A stretch of DNA of 64,000 nt, taken from Tubulanus polymorphus. Lineage: Eukaryota > Animalia > Nemertea. Location of the stretch: the NCBI RefSeq assembly GCF_964204645.1, contig NC_134033.1:14826655-14890654 (forward strand). Reading direction: 5' to 3'. Below are positions 52,112-64,000 of the stretch, piece after piece. Position 1 is the first letter of the stretch. Every line of letters starts with the position of its first letter. The position numbers and the translations under genes are program-made. The notes below the pieces were generated by a model. The model was not told the DNA's origin. It saw only the letters and a list, made by a program, of their open reading frames with translations, and searched no databases.

Positions 52112-55100
52112 ATGAATTTCACGAGTTGTTTGCTGTTGCTGTTGGTTGTGAGCACTGTTCTAACAGTCGCACAAAGTAAGAAACCAAAGAAACCGAAGAA
52201 ACCAAAGAAGCATCACGACCACCACCATCACGGTGGTTCCAGCCATACCTCAGAAGCCATCCTTGACTTTATTCACAAACATAAACATAAAGGTCATATT
52301 CACATCGTAGGAGTCGGTGTACACGTTTCAGGCGGCGGTGGTAACACAAGTAATCTACAAACATCCTTCGGTTTAACCCCCTACCTTCCAGTCCCTACCA
52401 CTATGCAGTAGTACACTAACATCATTATTCTCTTTATCTAAGAATATTGATATATTTTTTGCAATACTTTTAGTTGCTACGATCGACACAGTGAATATCG
52501 CCCGCGGTAAACCAGCTACGCAAAGTAGCACCTATACAAGATGGTACCCGGCGTCAAAAGCGGTCGACGGTTTAACTCGCAACCATCGTGATTGCAGTAT
52601 CACGCGAAATGAGCCGAAGAGCGACCCCTGGTGGCAGGTTGATTTACAAAATACATTTCTGGTCGGCAAAATAGCGATAACAAATCGAAAGCTAGTAGGT
52701 GAGTAGTAGTTTTTTAATCTTAATAATTCGCTTGATATGATTATTCATGAGCGATCATTGATTCCAGGACATCGTCTGCGTGAGGTGAAGGTCATCGTAT
52801 CCGACAAGCCGGCAAAAAGCGGAGGTCTGCAGGGTAAAGTCTGTGCCTATGAAGCTAATAGTTGGCGGGACGGGACGAGGAAAGAGTTGAACTGTAAAAC
52901 ACCTGTAGCTGGTCGGTATTTGATAATTACTAAGCCGTCTAAAACAACATATCTAGCATTGTGTGAAGTGGAAGTGTTTTTAGCTGCTCATGGTGAGTTG
53001 ACAACTGCATCATGCATGTTTCATGAAGGCTAAATTGTTTATTCATTCTGCGAAATAAATTCAACAGGTGGCAGCACTGGCGGTGGTAAGCCAGGTGGCA
53101 ACACTGGAGGTGGTACGTCAGGTGGCAATACTGGAGGTGGTACGTCAGGTGGCAATACTGGAGGTGGTAAGCCAGGTGGCAACACTGGAGGTGGTACGCC
53201 AGGTGGCAGTATTTCTCCAGGTCACGGTAAGCTAAAGCCCGACCTCTAAACACTACTTGCATGACCCCCTTACATGATTCCAGACAATCTACACCTCTTC
53301 ACTCGGCCATTTACTTTTCTCTAAACTTCTCGATCGATATTGACATATATGTCTGAATTGTCAACATTTGAACAAATTCTAGAATCAATATTTGAAGAGA
53401 AATATTTTGCAGTTATAGTTTTGTCCACTTGAAACTGTCTATCATTATCTCTTAACCGAACTGTTGAAGCGTCTGCAATTTCTGGCATCAAATTCTTTGT
53501 ATTTTTCTTACGAAAATATGATAAAATAAGCGATTAATATCTTTAAAATGTTTATCTCCAGAATGCGAAAGAATGTCAGATTTGGTGTTCCTGTACGATA
53601 CATCAGAAACAGTCGGGAAAGAAAATGTAGATCTGGCGATTCAGTTTAGTCAAGAATTATTGAAGTTGTTCGCTATCGGGAAAGATGTCAACGTGGCTAT
53701 AGCTTCGTTCTCCAATAACTTTCAATTCCATCATAAACTAACCAACCAGCAATCGAGAGCAGCTGTCGAAAACGCCCTAAAGGTAGCAAATAATTGCAAG
53801 ATTTTTAAAAGAAAATTTTTAGATGGAATTCGGCTAATGTAACGAATGTGTTTGAATTGCTGTATTTATAGAAGGTCGTCTATAAACCAGGAAAAGTCGA
53901 AACGGCGATAACTTTAGATCAAATCAGGAATGAACTGAAAACTAACGAACCTCGAAAAAACGTGCCCAGAATATTAATCATGTTTACTGATGCGATCACC
54001 GACAATTACGCGCACGCTAAGTACGCATCAATTCTACAATATATATTCCTCAAATTGCTCACCCAACCAACAAAACTTGAGATATTCCGAATGTTGTTTT
54101 TTTGTCGTACAGAGCGGCCGCTGAGAAACTTCGCGATGCTGGAGTGGTGATATTTGCTATCGGTATCGGTAATACAGTTAGTATGAAAGGTTTAGAAAAT
54201 TTGGTAACTGATCCGTTGAATCATCACAGATTCAGAGCCTGGGATGCCGTCACACTCCGGAGACAGTTACTACACGTTGCTGTAAGAATCTGTAAAGGTC
54301 AGTTCTCCAATTGTGCTATATACGTGTTACACTCTTAGAACAAATGGTTCTTTGAGGGTTCTTCGAAGGACCTATAGAACAATATTTTCATGGGAATAAT
54401 CTTTACATGATGATTCGTTGGTTTGTAGATTCTGCTTGTAAACCCGGGGAAAGAGAAGTTAATAATGTATGTCAACCACAAGGTTAGTAAGTTAGGTCCG
54501 TTCAGGCCTAGACGCAGAAAATGTTGCTGATTTCCATACGTAGTTTTTGAATGGCTCCTTATCTTTCTTCAAACCACAGTTGGACCTCGTTAAAACGAAT
54601 CTTGTGAACAAAAGTGAAATTGTCATAAGTGGGGTTTCGTATAATCAAAAATTCGACTAGTCTTTATGAATTTTTGGTATCATCCAAAGCTTGTCTGTTA
54701 CAAATATATTAGCTGGTACATATTGGAAATCATCGTAATAAACGGGTTTCATCTTAAACAGAATCGTATTAACAAAACAGAATCATTTATTTTCATTGTC
54801 TTCATCAATACAATTCATTATTTCAGTAAAACAGTGTCATCTCCCGTTGGATATCGCGTTCCTTTTGGATTCTTCGACCAGTTTGAGTAAAACGCAATAT
54901 CAACAACTGAAAGGTTTCATCAAGAATTTCATCAGTCAATTCCGTCTGGATAAAGAGGAAGTTCAGGCCGCCGTTATCAGGTGATGATGCAATCTTTCAC
55001 ATATAGGTGGCACTACATAATATCGGTGCTACCGGGTTTGTTGTGGTAAAATTGATCACGATTTTTAAAAAAGTAATGTACAGGGTAGATAGACGGCTGG

Positions 55101-56485
55101 CCTGAATAAGCTAAGCTGAAACAAGGTATCAATTCTTCTAGCCTAAAAAGCAAGTTTTGTATATGTCACGACTGTGCAGCTGGGCCCCGAGCTGCATTAT
55201 GCAAATTACTTTGCGTTTGACTTCCAATATGGCGTCGCCACATAAAAAAGGAGCATGCAGTCTGAATATTTTTCTCTATCAACAGATTCAGCACTAAAGC
55301 GGAGGTTTCTATTTGGTTGGATTCGACGGACGATTCTGAAAAGTTCAACGGACTCGTTGATAAAATCCCGTTCGTCGGAGGCGGAACTTACATGGATAAA
55401 GCGTTCGAATTGATGAGAACTAAAGTATTCAACCCTAAATTCGGGGCACGATGTGAAGGCGCAGATACAAACGGCAAAAAGGTAACAATTATTTCATTGA
55501 AATCATTGATGTGAAACACTGTCCGTTTTGCAACGATGATATGAAATGCCGCAATAAGAATGAAAAACGAAAATGTTTTCTTGAGCTAATATTCGACGTT
55601 TCGACTATATCGAATGATATCGTACATTGTGTAATATTCATCTTTGATCTTATCTTCTGACCTGGAAACAGTTGAACCTCATTAACACGATTGTGTTTGA
55701 GCTGAAACCTGTTTATTAAAATGATTTCCATCATGTTCCAGGTAAGATAGATATTTATATCAATCCAGATTTGAATAATACGAAACCCGTTAAATACGGG
55801 TACGACAATTTCACTAAATAAATACTCATATCAATCCAGATTTGAATTCTACGAAACCCGTTAAATACGAGACAATTTCACTTTTGCCTACAAGTTTCGC
55901 ATCAACGGGGTTCCACTGTACTAGGATAAACTTGAAACCGTGAATCAATAATTAGCCCAATGAAACCTTTTCTGACTCGTTGTTTTCTTGGTGGATTTCA
56001 TTTCATTTAATTCATTTATGTAGATTTTACATTCATCATCATTAAACCATCGATCACATGAACGTGATGTCGATATTCTTGTTTCTCGTAGCTTCAACAC
56101 ATCGGAATCATGTTAACCGACGGAGCGCCCTCTAACCAACAAAAATCATTGGACGAAGCGAAAAAGTGCCGCGACGCAGGAATACTATTGTACGCCGTGG
56201 GTGTGAAAAGTGCGCGTAAGGATGTCCTAGAAAAGATAGCGGGCAAAAAGGAGCGCGTTTTCGAGGTTTCGGATTTCGATAAATTGATCAACGTTTTAGG
56301 CGCCCTTACAACAGAAGCATGCAGGGGTAAGTGAGGTCGAAAGTAGAAATTTTCTATATCTTCGATAAACAATTATGGTTTTTGTTCATTCATTTCTATC
56401 GTCTAATATTTTCTTCATTTCAGATGCGAACGAGAGAGAGAGAATTGGACACATGCCGATAGAGAAACGTCCGATTTCGTTGTAA
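52112..56485 (+). CDS. Secreted modular protein: Lys/Pro- and His-rich N-terminus, F-type lectin domain, Gly-rich linker, two VWA domains; exons 52112-52349, 52474-52698, 52768-52992, 53068-53226, 53562-53782, 53872-54020, 54113-54297, 54429-54482, 54827-54980, 55286-55481, 56092-56326, 56424-56485
   Basis: Signal peptide; NIARGKPATQSS..AVDG..PWWQVDL..ITNR..GRYL..LALCEVEVF (F-type lectin); DLVFLYDTSETVG and DIAFLLDSSTSL..GGT..MLTDG..YAVGV (VWA); junctions in frame. Confidence 0.88.
53068..53208 (+). repeat. Coding 27-bp tandem repeat encoding GG(N/S)TGGG(K/T)(P/S)
   Basis: Five units ggtggcaa(c/t)actggaggtggta..c..ca forming one exon. Confidence 0.9.
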
Positions 56486-56913
56486 AACGACGATAATCCA
56501 CTGACAATCTTATTCGTTAAATCTATAAATCCGTTAATCTATTAATCCGTAAAACCTTGTTATATTTATTCTACTTTTTGTATTCGCGCTGCAATCTAAA
56601 CCATTAAGCCTTATGAAATTATAAGTCAATAGTGCTGTACGTAACCTAAATCCGTTGCCGTTATGAAATTGTAAGTTCGTGCATTTTTCAAATTCATTAT
56701 ATATTGTTGTTGATTGATTGTTAACGTAGTCAATATTTCTATTAATGATTTCATAATCTAGATATTATCAAAGTACGTCTGCTATATCTGATGAATTCCT
56801 GAACGTTCAATTCGAACGAAATCATGATGGAACAAACAAAACAAACGATTCCGCCTTAAATAAATGTTTCTCCATTGCAAACAACAAAGCGCTGGTTATT
56901 AATTAATGTTAAT

Positions 56914-61403
<4,490 letters not shown>

Positions 61404-61839
61404 TTTACCGGTATTTCGGCCCTGGCAGCTACAGTCTTACCAATATCCACGTTATTTATATATGACCATTTAGCTTATCACTTTCTTATCGCGCAGGTGT
61501 CCATCCCGGAACAACAACCGGTTTATCTACGGATTATGATTAATGGCGCTTTTATTGACATGAACCGGCCAGAGGCGCACGCCAACTACACTGAGCAATA
61601 ACTAACTATCAAACCACACTCGCCGAGGACCTGACACCCAACTGAAATTAATTCCTCGCGCGGAAAATTTGAATTCGCTAAAAATGATTTTTGATTAACT
61701 GTAACAGATGTCGTTTAGAGTGAAGAGTAATTTATTCGTTTAGAATAAAATTCCACCTGAATATCAAACTGTTACATAGACGCGCGCGACAGGAGATACT
61801 GCAAACTACTGCTGGTGTTGACTGATATAGTTACCTGAA

Positions 61840-62100
61840 ATCAAAATGTAAGTAGCCTAAAGACCACCCCAACCCCCGGGTTCCTAACTATCGGCCTCTA
61901 CGTCATAAAGCGAATTATTTCAAAATGTCAGTAGCCTCAAGACCACCACGACCCGGTTTCTATTATAGTCATGGGCCTCTGCGTCATATTACCTCACAGT
62001 AAATCATTTCTCTGCATCATTAAGCAAATTATTTCAAAATGTAAGTAGCCTAAAGACCTCCCCGACCCCGGGTCCTAATCATGCGTCCCTCCGTCATTTT
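61840..62100. repeat. Three degenerate tandem units (tcaaaatgtaagtagcctaaagacc...ccggg...gtcat)
   Basis: Units start near 61840, 61920 and 62033. Confidence 0.75.
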
Positions 62101-62356
62101 TTTCGCAGCAAATTATCTCCAGAACAAATTCGTATTTAAATATATAATTGGAATCGTGCGAGCTCTTGCGCAGATCTCTTGACATGAAAAAAACCCGGAA
62201 CTGAATGTCATGACGTCGAAAACCAGATATGATTTTACCGATCCGAGGGCATACTGTGCTCTATATATACTCACAGGACTGTATATATACAGTCATATAA
62301 AGGCGACACTGTTAAGATTGTGACTACGACTGAGTGTCACTGTGGGATTTTTATAG

Positions 62357-63532
62357 GGAAACCGATTGGAATGAATTAGATACTGAAGCCGGGATGTATA
62401 CCGGTCGTCAGACAGCTGATGCTCAATGGAAGAGAACTGTTACTGAAATCAACGAGTTAGTTGAACAACATCAAACTGATCAGCAGTCTCATAAATGGAA
62501 AGGTTAGTATTGAGGACAATGACGGCAAACATAAGTGTGATGAAATACTCTCCACGTTGGAAGCCGTGACATAAATTTCTGATTCTATCTTATGAAAGGT
62601 ATAACGAAGTCTCATTGGGTACCGACTTCATCCAGCGCTTACTGTCAAAACAGACGATGTAAAAAACAGTTTAGTTATACAGTCTGGCCACAGAACTGTA
62701 CCAGGTAAGTATTACAGTACTGTACTTCATATGTATGTATTACACTGATACAACAATATTACTGTAATAATTACGCGGTGTTTCTCTGATATGTAGGTGT
62801 GGCAAGTTATATTGTACTGATTGTCTACAGTTTAAAAGAGCACTGAATAATCTAGCTCATCCAGACCCACAGGGAAAACTATACAAGGTACGTAAAATTG
62901 GGTGTACAGATTTTAGGTAACCGCAAAAACCGAAGCGATAACAACATAAATCTCATTTTCTAATGATGATAAAAAAACAGTTTATTGACACGAACCATTT
63001 TCATCCCCTCGTCAGATGATAGACGTGAATCAAAATAGATGTGAATCAAATGAATAAGACAACAGATTTATTTGATTCACATGTCTGTCATCTGATGAGG
63101 GGATTTGATCCCAAAAACGTTCATGTCATTAAACTGTGTGTTTATACTCATTAGAAAATGATGTTTATACTTCTATCGCTTCTATGTTAAATTGAGTTGC
63201 ACCGACTCTTTTCTACATATGTATAATAGAATTGTTAATCATTGATATTATTGTTATAAGTTTATTTCTTTACCAGAAAATACGATCCGAAAATACAGCC
63301 ATCGCTGTTACAGAAAAATAAAATGAAAGTTCTTCCGCGGTGTAAAATCTACATTTAAAATCTATATCAAATCTATCTTATGTTTGGCACAGGTTTGTGA
63401 ATTGTGTTACGATAAAGGACCGCAAACGTTGGGAGCTACTCGACAACAAACCGACGATTTCTATTTCTTCAGAAATCGACATAAAGATATTCAAAGCAGA
63501 ATAATCAAAGGAACGGCCCGACACGTGAACAA
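62357..63532 (+). CDS. FYVE-type zinc finger protein, Vac1/Pep7/rabenosyn-like, partial (start uncertain, continues past window); exons 62357-62502, 62599-62704, 62797-62887, 63393-63532
   Basis: Not in the ORF track. Spliced translation HWVPTSSSAYCQNRRCKKQFSYTVWPQNCTRCGKLYCTDCLQFKRALNNLAHPDPQGKLYKVCELCYDKGPQTLGATRQQTDDFYFFR has eight FYVE-spaced Cys. Confidence 0.8.
62932..63183. mobile_element. Foldback element with a degenerate hammerhead motif in each arm
   Basis: Arms gaagcgata...tcattttctaatga...acagtttattgacac / atgtcattaaactgt...tcattagaaaatga...tatcgcttc; plus-strand ctgatga g gggat ttg atccc aaaa acgt tc at 63092-63122. Confidence 0.65.
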
Positions 63533-64000
63533 GTAAGAGTGATGGTAGAATAACCCCTGTACACTCTGACGTGGAGAACTGATAATAAGTTTTAGAACTC
63601 ACTTAAATAATACAGAATTTAAGAGATTAAGAGAATTCTTTTCATCAACAATTAAAATCAAAATACACGACGTTTCGAACTTTCACTAGAGATCTTCGCC
63701 GTTTTTAATCTTTTAGATTCTCTATGCAATGCGTTTAAAAATTAAGTAAGAGTGATAATTAGGTGTAGGAGGTAGTAGCGATAGGAGCATCGAAGTTGGA
63801 AGGAGTTTTGGACATCACGAGGGGGGAGAAGTTGTAGAGCACGGATTAGATAGTTACGTTGGGAGGGGAGAGTGAAGAAGCTAATGTGTAAACGTATTTC
63901 ATAATATTTTAAAATGCTAGTAAATTTCTTATAATAATAATAATCTTTATTTTTCAAAGAAATTGAAACAATTTATAACATGACATCCATACATAAATAT

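Noticed and set aside
52939-53262. Minus-strand YCHLAYHLQ repeat ORF
   Set aside because: Antisense reading of the Gly-rich linker exon.

Overview
Eukaryotic, AT-rich, intron-compact animal DNA. The gene content (FMRFamide/sex-peptide-receptor-like GPCRs, F-type lectin, tandem C-type lectin, atypical soluble guanylyl cyclase, multi-copy neuropeptide precursor) points to a marine invertebrate, probably a spiralian; the species cannot be fixed from sequence alone. Reading GT-AG splice junctions by hand gives 13 protein-coding loci, in order: 3' end of a GPCR paralog, a small secreted 8-Cys peptide, an intronless GPCR, GPI-type 5'-nucleotidase (9 exons), a secreted 4xFN2+PAN protein (-), an Arg-P1 serpin, a neuropeptide precursor releasing three PxFxxSGW peptides, a divergent soluble guanylyl cyclase (-), an UNC93-like MFS protein, a double C-type lectin, a Lys/His-rich + F-type lectin + Gly-linker + 2xVWA secreted protein, carboxypeptidase B-like (-), and the start of a Vac1/Pep7-like FYVE protein. 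Non-coding DNA holds (AT)n and (GA)n microsatellites, several minisatellites, MITE-like hairpins, tRNA-derived SINE-like pieces, a CR1-type LINE remnant, and a family of short foldback elements carrying minimal hammerhead ribozyme motifs of the Penelope-like type. Best leads: the hammerhead element family, the unassigned neuropeptide, the Cys-rich peptide between tandem GPCRs, the heme-pocket-degenerate half-site cyclase, and the His-rich lectin-VWA protein. All exon coordinates are manual predictions without RNA evidence.
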